Shown piece after piece: positions 40,399-49,035 of a stretch of DNA of 64,000 nucleotides. Made by a program: the position numbers and the translations under genes. This DNA is from Escherichia coli (GTDB taxonomy: Bacteria; Pseudomonadota; Gammaproteobacteria; Enterobacterales; Enterobacteriaceae), in the NCBI GenBank assembly GCA_902500205.1, contig GCA_902500205.1_4868.1. The stretch is one strand, 5' to 3'. How positions within the stretch are numbered: position 1 is the stretch's first letter; every line of letters begins with the position of its first letter. Below the pieces are notes generated by a model. That model ran no database searches. It was given only the letters and a program-made list of their open reading frames with translations, and had not been told where the DNA came from.

Positions 40399-40489
40399 GA
40401 TTACGTGAGTTTGTTGTTATATGCGAATAGCGATTGACCGCGCCAATGGTCCAATCACTTTTTAAACCCTGCACGCTAGGGCTCCAAGT

Positions 40490-40519
40490 CCTGGGATTGA
40501 TACCCAGGACGCTTTTTCG
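40490..40519 (+). terminator. terminator-like hairpin plus T-run inside ORF-free region
   Basis: TCCTGGG-ATTGATA-CCCAGGA followed by CGCTTTTTCG. Confidence 0.35.
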
Positions 40520-41056
40520 AAAATACCTGCCGTGGTGTCTTCGACAAAGCGCAATCTAACACTGCGTGATTTATTATGTTCTGGAAAACTTTCGCCGTGG
40601 AACAGAACCGGTGAGCGTCGGCGGGGATTCCGACAATCACCACCCATTCAGGTACTCGGTAGATAACCGACCTGCCGACGGTGCTACGTCGGGCGTAGTT
40701 CGGTTTGCGAGAGTGTCGAGAAAGTCGACTGCGCACCCATGACAAAATCCGAGTTGACCGTGGCAGCGCCAGAGGACTGGGCAGCGGAGAGACGTCGTTG
40801 AACTTACCTCCGATAGTTATCGCTGATTCCGCTCTGGCGTCGGGCCAAAACTGATTCGAATTCGGCGTTGCGTCGAAAAGGGGTCTGCGTGTAGAACCGC
40901 AGACTTGGGGGATAACTCCAAAGTGGGGTGATCGGATCTTGACGGCTCGGAATAGACGAGAGGGGTGGGTACTCCCGTTGAGAAACGACGGTACCTGGCT
41001 GATTAAAATTTACAGATTCTGCGTGAGGTATGATAAACCAAACGGAGAATTAAACC

Positions 41057-41632
41057 ATGAACTTGTATCGCGTCGGGTTTTACCGAAACGAGATGCCTGA
41101 ATCGGTTTTGGTTGTCTTAGCCGAAAACGAGGAGCAGGCCAAATCCTTCTGGCCGGTTAGCGCAGAGCGTCCAGCGGTTGCGTGCTGCTACGACGGCGCT
41201 GTGTCTACCCCGATGGTTACGCCTGGGGTGGTTCTGAAGCAAGGCCGATGGGAAGATTACTCCCATCCCGGTTTGGAGTTTGTTTCCGAACCTGCCAGAC
41301 ATTCCTGGGAATTTCCCTCAGGCAACACCGAGACGTATTTCGGATTTCAGGTTAAACAACCTTCGACGCTCAAACTGTACCTGGTGTACAGCGACGCCGC
41401 TACCGAAGACTACGTCGATTCCGGAATCATCGTCGGGGCAACAACCCCTGCTGCGGCATTCGCACATTGGGACGGTGATAAACCCGGAATCGTTTCGGTC
41501 TGTGAGCTACCACTTGAAGCCGGTTTGGTTACGAACATCAAGTGTGAGCAAGGCCAGGAGCTGACTTGGATGCGCCAGGATTACCTGACGGAAACGACAT
41601 TCGAATACACACCGAGGAGGGTGACCCAATGA
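41057..41632 (+). CDS. hypothetical protein (191 aa) built from two tandem copies of a roughly 80-aa domain; translationally coupled to HslV-like gene
   Basis: ATG with GGAG upstream; stop TGA overlaps next start (ATGA); N-half and C-half share LY..(D/E)..IV.A.T..AA pattern. Confidence 0.65.
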   Translation: MNLYRVGFYRNEMPESVLVVLAENEEQAKSFWPVSAERPAVACCYDGAVSTPMVTPGVVLKQGRWEDYSHPGLEFVSEPARHSWEFPSGNTETYFGFQVKQPSTLKLYLVYSDAATEDYVDSGIIVGATTPAAAFAHWDGDKPGIVSVCELPLEAGLVTNIKCEQGQELTWMRQDYLTETTFEYTPRRVTQ

Positions 41633-42120
41633 CGACGATAGCGTTCGACGGAAAAGTCTTAGCTGCTGACGGTCAGCTGACCCGCGGGTCGAATATCTGC
41701 AACCTGAACACCCAGAAGTTATTCATCTGCCCTTCTGACGAGGAATGGTGGATTACTGGTGAACGGATTGTGGCGTTCGGAGTAAGCGGTGACATCACAG
41801 GACAGTTGGCCCTGCTGGAAACGGTCCGCTTGAGACCCGGCTACAAGGGATTAACACAAAGCTCGCAGTTACCTACGAAGATGGATTTTACTTTCCTGAT
41901 GCTTTTGGCCTCAGGAAAAGCGATAGTCGGCGGAAAACGTGAAGACGACGTGACGTTGTGGTGGAGTGAAGCCACACCACCTCTGGCAACCGGAAGCGGT
42001 TACGAGTATGCGTTGGGTGCGATGAAGATGGGCGCGAATGCGGTTCGTGCTGTTGAGATTGCGTCCGAATGCGATATCTACACCGGTGGTGAGATTAGCA
42101 CTTACGAATTACGGAGGTGA
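41629..42120 (+). CDS. HslV/proteasome beta-like Ntn-hydrolase threonine peptidase (163 aa)
   Basis: Begins MTTIAFDG (Thr directly after initiator Met); ADGQLTRG, ATGSGYEYALGAM and AVEIASECDIYTGG align with HslV MTTIVSV, GDGQATLG, AIGSGGPYAQAA, ALDIAGDICIYTNH; GAGGAGG RBS 8 nt upstream. Confidence 0.8.
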   Translation: MTTIAFDGKVLAADGQLTRGSNICNLNTQKLFICPSDEEWWITGERIVAFGVSGDITGQLALLETVRLRPGYKGLTQSSQLPTKMDFTFLMLLASGKAIVGGKREDDVTLWWSEATPPLATGSGYEYALGAMKMGANAVRAVEIASECDIYTGGEISTYELRR

Positions 42121-42212
42121 ATCATGCGGGAGTCAGAAGCACGCAAGCTTGACCCCATCAATCGCCTGCGATAACGGGGTAGCGCATCCGTATAAACACG
42201 TTCAAGAATTCT

Positions 42213-42288
42213 AGGAAAGTGACGCAATTGGTAGCGTACCGGTCTCCAAAACCGGCTGTTTAGAGTTCGAGTCTCTACTTTCCTGCCA
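42213..42288 (+). tRNA. tRNA-Trp (anticodon CCA) with encoded 3-prime CCA
   Basis: Hand-folded cloverleaf: 7-bp acceptor AGGAAAG/CTTTCCT, D-arm ACGC/GCGT, anticodon stem CCGGT/ACCGG with loop CTCCAAA, T-arm TAGAG-TTCGAGT-CTCTA, discriminator G then CCA. Confidence 0.85.
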
Positions 42289-42354
42289 CATTTAGCCAAC
42301 AAGGCCATGATTCAAAGCAGAATGACACCGAATGTCTAACTGCGGAGAATAATC

Positions 42355-42597
42355 ATGAACTTGTATTTGCTAGAACGAACTGACGATATCGGGTATGATG
42401 AATTTGATTCCATAATCGTGGCGGCTCCTACGGAGCAAGCCGCGTGTGCAATTCCTCCCGACCGTGGTCATTGGATGGACTGCCGCTGGTTACCGAAAGA
42501 GCGCTGGGATGAAGGGCTTACCCTGACCGTTACCCTTATCGGCACTACGCACTATCCTGCTGGGACCGTCGTTCATGAATCGTTCAATGCTGGCTAA
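42355..42597 (+). CDS. small protein (80 aa), single-copy paralog of the repeat domain in the 191-aa protein
   Basis: Same leader and start (GGAGAAT..ATGAACTTGTAT) as gene at 41057; N-terminus MNLYLLERTDD...IIVAAPTEQAA parallels MNLYRVGFYRNE...VLAENEEQAK. Confidence 0.55.
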   Translation: MNLYLLERTDDIGYDEFDSIIVAAPTEQAACAIPPDRGHWMDCRWLPKERWDEGLTLTVTLIGTTHYPAGTVVHESFNAG

Positions 42598-42600
42598 ACA

Positions 42601-43630
42601 GTGGGCTTCGGCCCACTAACCCTATTCGAGCCATGATACTTACTCAGATTGTGCGGGTTGATGTCCCGCATGAGCCGGTAGCAGCTCAGACCTACGGTAA
42701 ACCGATAAATCCGTAGCAGCCAGGTACACAAAGCACCAGGTCGCTTGTACAGGATGCTGGGTATCTGACCGGTCATAACCTCATTCGATACGAGACACGT
42801 TTATGCATGAAATATTCCAGTACATCAGGATGTTGATTTCAAACGTCCGGTTCTGGGTATTCAATCATGTTTGGTTTACAGGCGATGGGTTTTCCCGCAA
42901 GGGCCCCACTTACAGACTGGCGTCTCCACGACAACCGTCCCTAGGGGACAGGCAAGCACCGGCCCATTAAGCCGCCATGCTACGCCTGTAAATCCACAAT
43001 CTGATAACCGAATGGGATTGAGTTCCCAGTGTTAGGGTGACTGTGTGTCACCGTAGGCGCGGTACCTCATACGGCCGGTACGCCACGAATGTACGTGATA
43101 GCAGGTGGTGCTTGGAGACGCTAAGACCTGACCTTACGGCCAGGCTCAGAAGAAGAAGTTCATCACCCGCATTCAGAAATGAATTTAGGTTAATTATTGG
43201 AAGTGGTGAAATCGTTTACGTGATAACTTAGTAGTATGCAACGAACAATACCAGAGTGACTTTACGAGGTTACTGTGGTATATGTCGGTGCGCCGGGCAA
43301 CGTGTTGCCGCAGATAAGCCCGAGGGAGCTGAATGCACTAACACACGCCGGGATGCACCGGCACCTTACAATGGGAGCGCTGTCACCATCAGTGATGACA
43401 GGAGTGAAGGATTCGTACCTCACTCGACTGGGCGGAAGCCTGGGCGTTCCCCCATCTTCACATCATGGCCGGCTTGCCGGTTCAACGTAGACGTCTCGTA
43501 AGAGATTTCCAGTCAGGCAACTGATAACACACCTAAGCGTCGACCTTGGACGTATGGTGTCTGGTTAAGTCCCCCGAAACGGAAACCAGTAGGGGTGTGG
43601 TACGTTGAGTGTAACTATCATGATGCCATG
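42601..43630 (+). ncRNA. candidate large structured noncoding RNA region (family unknown)
   Basis: About 1 kb with no convincing ORF; many local hairpins (GTGGGC-TTCG-GCCCAC, GTCCC-TAG-GGGAC, GGTGAC-TGTGT-GTCACC) and a long-range complementary pair TTACAGGCG / CGCCTGTAA about 100 nt apart. Confidence 0.3.
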
Positions 43631-43636
43631 AACAAT

Positions 43637-43706
43637 GGCTTTGTAGCTCAGGTAGGTAGAGCAGCCTCTTCGAGGAAGGTCGCCGGTTCGAGACCGGTCA
43701 AAGCAA
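43637..43706 (+). tRNA. degenerate tRNA-like element (possible pseudo-tRNA)
   Basis: Canonical D-arm (TAGCTCAGGTAGGTAGAGCA) and T-arm (CCGG-TTCGAGA-CCGG) but mismatched anticodon stem, 1-nt variable loop and G1-A72 mismatch. Confidence 0.3.
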
Positions 43707-43707
43707 G

Positions 43708-43782
43708 AGCAGTGAAGTTAGAGGAATTAACACCCGACTCATAATCGGATATTTCGCGGGTTCGAATCCCTGCCACTTGCTC
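43708..43782 (+). tRNA. degenerate tRNA-like element with CAT anticodon loop (Met/Ile-like), two 1-nt bulges
   Basis: Anticodon arm CCGA-CTCATAA-TCGG and T-loop TTCGAAT present; acceptor and T stems each need a bulged T; no clean CCA. Confidence 0.3.
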
Positions 43783-44161
43783 GCCCCATTTGTGTTATCC
43801 TTATCCCGAAGGCATTCGAAATAAGACGCGTATCCACACACGGGTCAAGGGTAACACGAACCACTTCCGCGGTCACCGTGTCCATTGCCGCCTACCTGCA
43901 TGGGCTGTCCTCCGACACGGTGACTTCGGGCCAACTTACAGGCCAGGGCTGTTTGGGTTTTTCTTACGCATCCATCCAGAGCCACCTCGCGCCCTAGTCT
44001 GTATACCCCTTTTCTGTTCCTGGTTTGCCAACTAAATCAATTAAGCCTGGTGCGTTGCCCTGGGAACAGAAAAACTTATTCGGTTACACACCGAACCCAC
44101 CCACGAGGGATATGTCGTGGACCACCAATAGAAGCAGCAATAGTAGTAAGAAGGAAGCAAC

Positions 44162-44983
44162 ATGTTTACAGTTAAACGTGTAATTGATGGTGACCGCATT
44201 ATTACCGAGCATGAAAAGGTTCGTATCGGTGACCGTAAGTCTCGTGTATTCCGCGAGGCATTAAAAATGCTCGAGAACGAGCGCTTCGACATCGTTGTCG
44301 ATGATGAAAAGTTAGCCCTTAATCCGGGGTTAAAACGCGTTGCCCCTGATGTGCCTGATCCGAACACCATGCATTTGTCTGACTACTGCAGCTGGTCGCA
44401 CAGATTATATAAAAGTCAGGTTTATGCACACACGTATTTGCGGCAGCTTTTCCCCAACCTTATTATCCCCGATTTGGAAACGGTCGAGGTGTTTAACTGC
44501 AACGCACGCGAGTTTATTAGCTACGTGCTAGATAATAAGGGCAATGCTATCTTGGTACTGGACACAAATTCCAGTATACCTGATGCTGTGGCTAGCATAC
44601 GTGGTGAAATCGTCGGTTACGGTACTCCCCCAGAGAAATTAGGCTGGTACAAACCATCTCCTGATAGCGACATGGCGATCATTGTCTACACTCAGGAAGA
44701 ACTGCAACAAGTCGAATTAGAGCCTGGTCCATCTATCGAGTTCACTGATGTCCAGGAGCAAACGCAGTGGGTTAACGGTGAGTGCGTTGTTACTGTTTTA
44801 AAAGGCGCTCGCCCTGGCGACCGGTCAGTCGATGAACTGATTGGCGCAATGTGCATCGAAGAAGAATCTGGGTACGATCCTGATAACCAGATCAGTGCCG
44901 GTGCGTTGTACGAACTGTTTTATAAAGGCGACGAAGTCTACGTGGTTAACTCTCACGGTAAGACTACCGACGCCCTTCGCTGA
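44162..44983 (+). CDS. hypothetical protein (273 aa)
   Basis: ATG with AAGGAAG upstream. Confidence 0.75.
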   Translation: MFTVKRVIDGDRIITEHEKVRIGDRKSRVFREALKMLENERFDIVVDDEKLALNPGLKRVAPDVPDPNTMHLSDYCSWSHRLYKSQVYAHTYLRQLFPNLIIPDLETVEVFNCNAREFISYVLDNKGNAILVLDTNSSIPDAVASIRGEIVGYGTPPEKLGWYKPSPDSDMAIIVYTQEELQQVELEPGPSIEFTDVQEQTQWVNGECVVTVLKGARPGDRSVDELIGAMCIEEESGYDPDNQISAGALYELFYKGDEVYVVNSHGKTTDALR

Positions 44984-45073
44984 ATTAGCTAACGCCCAGT
45001 AGCTATGTTCCTGACGATTAGCCCTCGTCTGACCTTGTAAGACCTTGTAGATTTACATGCCAACACCAGGGAA

Positions 45074-45116
45074 GTCCTCACTCTTCGGAGTGAGGACAAC
45101 TCTTTTATTTTTTTTG
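45074..45116 (+). terminator. intrinsic terminator
   Basis: GTCCTCACTC-TTCGG-AGTGAGGAC followed by long T-run. Confidence 0.7.
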
Positions 45117-45132
45117 TATTCCAAATATACAC

Positions 45133-45154
45133 AGATAGATATTACCTAAGTGAG
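45133..45154 (+). promoter_or_regulatory. recurrent promoter-like motif AGATAGATATTACCTAAGTGAG
   Basis: Family member; about 55 nt upstream of ATG at 45207. Confidence 0.4.
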
Positions 45155-45206
45155 ATGAGAAAGCCTCATCTGAATTCTCCCAACTCGACTATAAAAGGTA
45201 TGCATC

Positions 45207-46157
45207 ATGTACAGACCAAGTAATCCTAGCGCTATCGAAGGATTAAACCAGGATGGCTTCAGCCTCGCAGAAGCAACCCGCATTCGACCTTTCTTACCTC
45301 GCAGATTCTTCCCTTTCGGTTCGTTATACAGAACGAACTTTGACGCCTGGGAAGCGATACGTGCTGTAAAAGATGCACTACAGTACAAGAACTTCGAATT
45401 CCGATTTGTGTTCAAATGGGGCAACGGCGAATTGCTCCACTACTTCGGATTCCAACAGAACGAGTTTATTGAGTATACCTCACCTACGTACCACACCAGG
45501 TTCTTAAGTATCGAATTCGTTCGCCATTTCGGCGATGCACTCTTTACGGAACGTGCGGCAGATGAAAACCATGGACGTAGGCTGGTGTTAACGAACGGTG
45601 GATTACGCATCAAGATGAATCGTTTACGGGAAGCGTATAACCAGCTCATCAATCCTGAACCGGTAATGTTTCCAACAGTCGCAGATTTGAACGTTACACC
45701 ACTCCAGCTACCTGTGGATATAGACAAACCGATCCTGGCAATCAGAGCACTGCAGGCAGGTTACGCAAACTGGTATAAAGGGCACAGTCTCCCGAACACC
45801 AGATTGAACATCGAACCGTATGAGTTGTGTTTATTCTTAACTCTACGCAAGCGGTTTGAGCCAGATAACTTAGACTTACGTTATCTGGCTAAAACAGATA
45901 GCGGTAGTTACTACCCAACGACCTGGATGCTAGCGGCTGTACTACCCGGCGGTGAAATTATCGGTAACCCTGTCACCGATGTTCAACAGTTACCATCACC
46001 GTTAGCACCACCGAAGGATTCAATCTATCCATACGCTTCGTGGTACGCGAGTAGTATTGGCGTGAGGTGGTTGATGTTACACGTTCCCGAAGAGGTCTAT
46101 AATTTATTCCCGCATGAGCAATGGCTCCGTGCGTATGAAATTCGGTTTGGTTGGTAG
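45207..46157 (+). CDS. hypothetical protein (316 aa)
   Basis: ATG with AAAAGG upstream. Confidence 0.75.
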   Translation: MYRPSNPSAIEGLNQDGFSLAEATRIRPFLPRRFFPFGSLYRTNFDAWEAIRAVKDALQYKNFEFRFVFKWGNGELLHYFGFQQNEFIEYTSPTYHTRFLSIEFVRHFGDALFTERAADENHGRRLVLTNGGLRIKMNRLREAYNQLINPEPVMFPTVADLNVTPLQLPVDIDKPILAIRALQAGYANWYKGHSLPNTRLNIEPYELCLFLTLRKRFEPDNLDLRYLAKTDSGSYYPTTWMLAAVLPGGEIIGNPVTDVQQLPSPLAPPKDSIYPYASWYASSIGVRWLMLHVPEEVYNLFPHEQWLRAYEIRFGW

Positions 46158-46168
46158 TCGATGCTTTT

Positions 46169-46202
46169 GAGGGAACTTCGGTTCCCTCTTTTTTTCTTTT
46201 TT
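46169..46202 (+). terminator. intrinsic terminator
   Basis: GAGGGAAC-TTCG-GTTCCCTC followed by TTTTTTTCTTTTTT. Confidence 0.7.
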
Positions 46203-46238
46203 CACGACTGCCTCAGAATCTTATAGGAGGAAGTTACC

Positions 46239-46655
46239 ATGATTACGCAGTGCTATTACCAGACGCAAGATTTATTTAAAGCATTGGAAGAAAATAAGTT
46301 ACCCACGACTTTAAGACCGCAGTGCAGTTATTCAAGAATGCTTGCAAGTGAGGTCTTTCCGGTGCTAATGCAGTTGCCTCAATTCCAACCGTGGCTCGAC
46401 TCGCTAGATGTGGTAGATGTTGTGGCTATCTACACTGGGTCAGACACACCAACAATAAATACAAGCGAGTGTTTATCCCGTAGCGAATCGTCGGTGTTAA
46501 ATGAAATGCCGCAGCTAATGCCTTCTTTATTCGATTCGATGTGCGCTGCAGTTATGCAGAAACGACTACCTTATGAGGAAGTATTCGCCATTGTGTTAGA
46601 CAGCATCCACGCAATGAATTATAAACACTATAAAACCCTCGGAACTTTACACTGA
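46239..46655 (+). CDS. hypothetical protein (138 aa)
   Basis: ATG with AGGAGG upstream. Confidence 0.65.
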   Translation: MITQCYYQTQDLFKALEENKLPTTLRPQCSYSRMLASEVFPVLMQLPQFQPWLDSLDVVDVVAIYTGSDTPTINTSECLSRSESSVLNEMPQLMPSLFDSMCAAVMQKRLPYEEVFAIVLDSIHAMNYKHYKTLGTLH

Positions 46656-46722
46656 CTTTTTTACGGCAGGCACCTATCTTGTAGGGAGTCTGTGCTGTAA
46701 TAGATTCCAAAGGAGATGCTCG

Positions 46723-47112
46723 ATGAAAAACAAACTGCGTCCGCTGGACGTGATTATGGCGCATCCGGATACCCTCAAGAAAATTAAAGTGGTCAACGAA
46801 CTTGACCGTGGTCTCCTGGATACTATTCAATGGGGTTTTACTTTCCACCCCGATGAAGAGAACAACACGCGTCAATTAGATGTCTGCGACGGCGTAGAAA
46901 TCGATTGGTCTTCTAACGAAGGCTTTGATGATGTCGTCGATTATGTTAAACAAGCCACCGTTCCGCCTGTGTTCCCAGTAGCGGGTTTAGCGGAACACAC
47001 AATTTCTCTCCGCCGACTGGTTAACGCTCAACCAGAAATCGTGCGTGAAGGTGAAGCGTGGACGTCAGGCATTACCCACCATCTTAAGGATGTGTTGGGT
47101 GTTGCCGGTTAA
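46723..47112 (+). CDS. hypothetical protein (129 aa)
   Basis: ATG with AAAGGAG upstream. Confidence 0.65.
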   Translation: MKNKLRPLDVIMAHPDTLKKIKVVNELDRGLLDTIQWGFTFHPDEENNTRQLDVCDGVEIDWSSNEGFDDVVDYVKQATVPPVFPVAGLAEHTISLRRLVNAQPEIVREGEAWTSGITHHLKDVLGVAG

Positions 47113-47121
47113 AAAAGAAGA

Positions 47122-47166
47122 AGTACCTCTACGCGAGTAGAGGTACGGAATCTTTCTTTTTTTTGT
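47122..47166. terminator. bidirectional intrinsic terminator
   Basis: GTACCTCTAC-GCGA-GTAGAGGTAC with A-run upstream and T-run downstream between convergent genes. Confidence 0.65.
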
Positions 47167-47978
47167 TACGACTTGAAGCGTCCACCGTTCATGTAGTTCC
47201 AACGGTTTCCGATGTTGTCGTTGTGGACCAGACAACGTTGCATTTTCGGCAAGGTGTCTTCGAACATTTGACCCGCGTCCGAGTAACCTTCAATAACGTT
47301 TCTGAAGGCACCGAACTCCATACCATTTTCCAGTTTACCGGAGTCCATGTCGAAGATCATGGTGTTGTAGATATATTGCTTAACAGCCATAACTGCCAGC
47401 TCACCTACAACCGGATAGAAGGCCGGCTTGATTTCGTTCATCTCCTGGGATAGTTCGTACTTCACCACGAGTTTGGTAGAGTAAACGAACATGCCTGGGT
47501 CTTTGATACGGATGGTATTCGGACCGAGCACTTCAACTTCTGGTGAGGCGATACGCGGCATCGCGGATTGACTATCAACCACTTGCTGGGTGGATGCTAA
47601 TACGCCAGAGGTGGCACCGTCCAGATATGAACCTGCGGGAGGCATGGTGTACGCCTGTCCGGCAACGGGTGTTACAGAGATATGGGCGTCCAGAATTGGG
47701 CGACCACCTGTTTTGATGTCGTCGAGATAATACACGCGACTGAAATAATCTTGCGTGTCGTTATCCCAAGGAACACCTTGCAAATCTACTTCTTGATACT
47801 GCCCCATTCTGGAGATTTCAGGGACCAGAATTTCACGAATAACGCGTTGTTGAATTTCGTTATCTACAGAGCTTGCAATTCCCAGTAACTTGAGGTTTTC
47901 TGGAACAAAAGCCGCCTGTAGAATCGGGGCAGGGATATGCTGTCTGATTTTACGCAGACAGTAGTCGATAACATTCAT
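47166..47978 (-). CDS. hypothetical protein (about 270 aa)
   Basis: Track ORF 47166..48008 begins with TTG; ATG 10 codons in (MNVIDY) has AGGAG 8 nt upstream. Confidence 0.7.
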   Translation of the reverse strand: MNVIDYCLRKIRQHIPAPILQAAFVPENLKLLGIASSVDNEIQQRVIREILVPEISRMGQYQEVDLQGVPWDNDTQDYFSRVYYLDDIKTGGRPILDAHISVTPVAGQAYTMPPAGSYLDGATSGVLASTQQVVDSQSAMPRIASPEVEVLGPNTIRIKDPGMFVYSTKLVVKYELSQEMNEIKPAFYPVVGELAVMAVKQYIYNTMIFDMDSGKLENGMEFGAFRNVIEGYSDAGQMFEDTLPKMQRCLVHNDNIGNRWNYMNGGRFKS

Positions 47979-48098
47979 TCTAAGGCTCCTATGAAGCTCG
48001 TAGGACAACTCATACCATCGGGTAATGCTATCCCATTACCTGACATTAAAATACGTTTTACGACCTTTATGTGCGCACCATACTCGAAGAAATTTTGC

Positions 48099-48118
48099 AT
48101 AGATATTATCTTCGTGAA
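48099..48118 (+). promoter_or_regulatory. recurrent promoter-like motif ATAGATATTATCTTCGTGAA
   Basis: Family member; about 25 nt upstream of operon start at 48142. Confidence 0.4.
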
Positions 48119-48141
48119 TTATCCTTAAGGAGCATTTCTCG

Positions 48142-48462
48142 ATGACGCGCATGTTCTTTAATTTCTCTCCAGGGACAAATGAACAGATTGTGCCTGCGGA
48201 CATGTTACTGTGCGCGATACAAGAAGTTATTTATCCCGGCACGCATGAGTTTCCACGTGAGTGGACACGCATTGCCGAAAGTTATTTTGGCACGGAAGCG
48301 TGGTTTGTTATTTCGGCGTTGGGCCGAAACCATCGCTATCCCTTTCATTACAAAAATGGAGTTGTGCAAACGTGGTCAGAATATACCTCGAACCAGCTGC
48401 GGTTCATTCTAGCTTCTGGGGGCCTGTCGATGCTTCCCAGTACGCTACCGCTCTGCGGATGA
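48142..48462 (+). CDS. hypothetical protein (106 aa), first gene of translationally coupled operon
   Basis: ATG with AAGGAG upstream. Confidence 0.6.
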   Translation: MTRMFFNFSPGTNEQIVPADMLLCAIQEVIYPGTHEFPREWTRIAESYFGTEAWFVISALGRNHRYPFHYKNGVVQTWSEYTSNQLRFILASGGLSMLPSTLPLCG

Positions 48463-49022
48463 GCCAAAAAGAACGCGAGATGTTAACTGTACAACTGTTA
48501 CACACTGCGCTCGAAGATATCTTTTACTCCGTTCCGGAAATGCCTAATGCACGTATGGAACCTTTGCTGGAACCTTATACTGACGCTTTTAATCTCACGA
48601 TGATGTTGGTGGCTGACCAGATCATACTCCCACCGAAAACAGTTCCTGTGGAACGTACATATGTTTCCAGTGGCGGTTTGGGTGCCCCGGTTAATAAGAC
48701 GAAAGAGACCGTAGCGATTTTACGTTCTACCGAATATCTTATCGGATTGGCATTCGAAGACTGTTACAACAGTTTCCTGGACAGTATCCATGCACTTGTG
48801 GAGAATGCTGTGAAGGCCACCAACCAGCCGTTTAATCGTTATGCGACGATTAAACTGGAACCACACATAACCCATCGTGGGCAGGTGCAATCTCTGGAGT
48901 TGCAAATTGGAGAAGACATCAGATTCATCCACTACCGCCAGTGCTTCCCAAACAAACGATATCGTCCGTCTGGTACTGATCGATCACATCGCCTCGACGG
49001 CATACGTCAGGATATTGAATGA
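48459..49022 (+). CDS. hypothetical protein (about 187 aa)
   Basis: Track ORF 48261..49022; ATG at 48459 overlaps upstream stop (ATGA). Confidence 0.6.
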   Translation: MSQKEREMLTVQLLHTALEDIFYSVPEMPNARMEPLLEPYTDAFNLTMMLVADQIILPPKTVPVERTYVSSGGLGAPVNKTKETVAILRSTEYLIGLAFEDCYNSFLDSIHALVENAVKATNQPFNRYATIKLEPHITHRGQVQSLELQIGEDIRFIHYRQCFPNKRYRPSGTDRSHRLDGIRQDIE

Positions 49023-49035
49023 CCCCAGCGACATC

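Noticed and set aside
39366-40890. Direct repeat AAAGGGGTCTG at both ends of the ORF-free block, as possible element boundaries
   Set aside because: An 11-mer recurring once in 1.5 kb is within chance expectation and there is no extended flanking similarity.
43637-43790. tmRNA hypothesis for the tRNA-like elements
   Set aside because: No tag-peptide reading frame ending in a typical Ala-Ala-stop was found nearby; kept as degenerate tRNA-like elements.
43037-44035. Short plus-strand ORFs of 64-81 aa inside the downstream ORF-free block
   Set aside because: No RBS, overlapping one another, and they sit in hairpin-rich sequence; more consistent with noncoding RNA.
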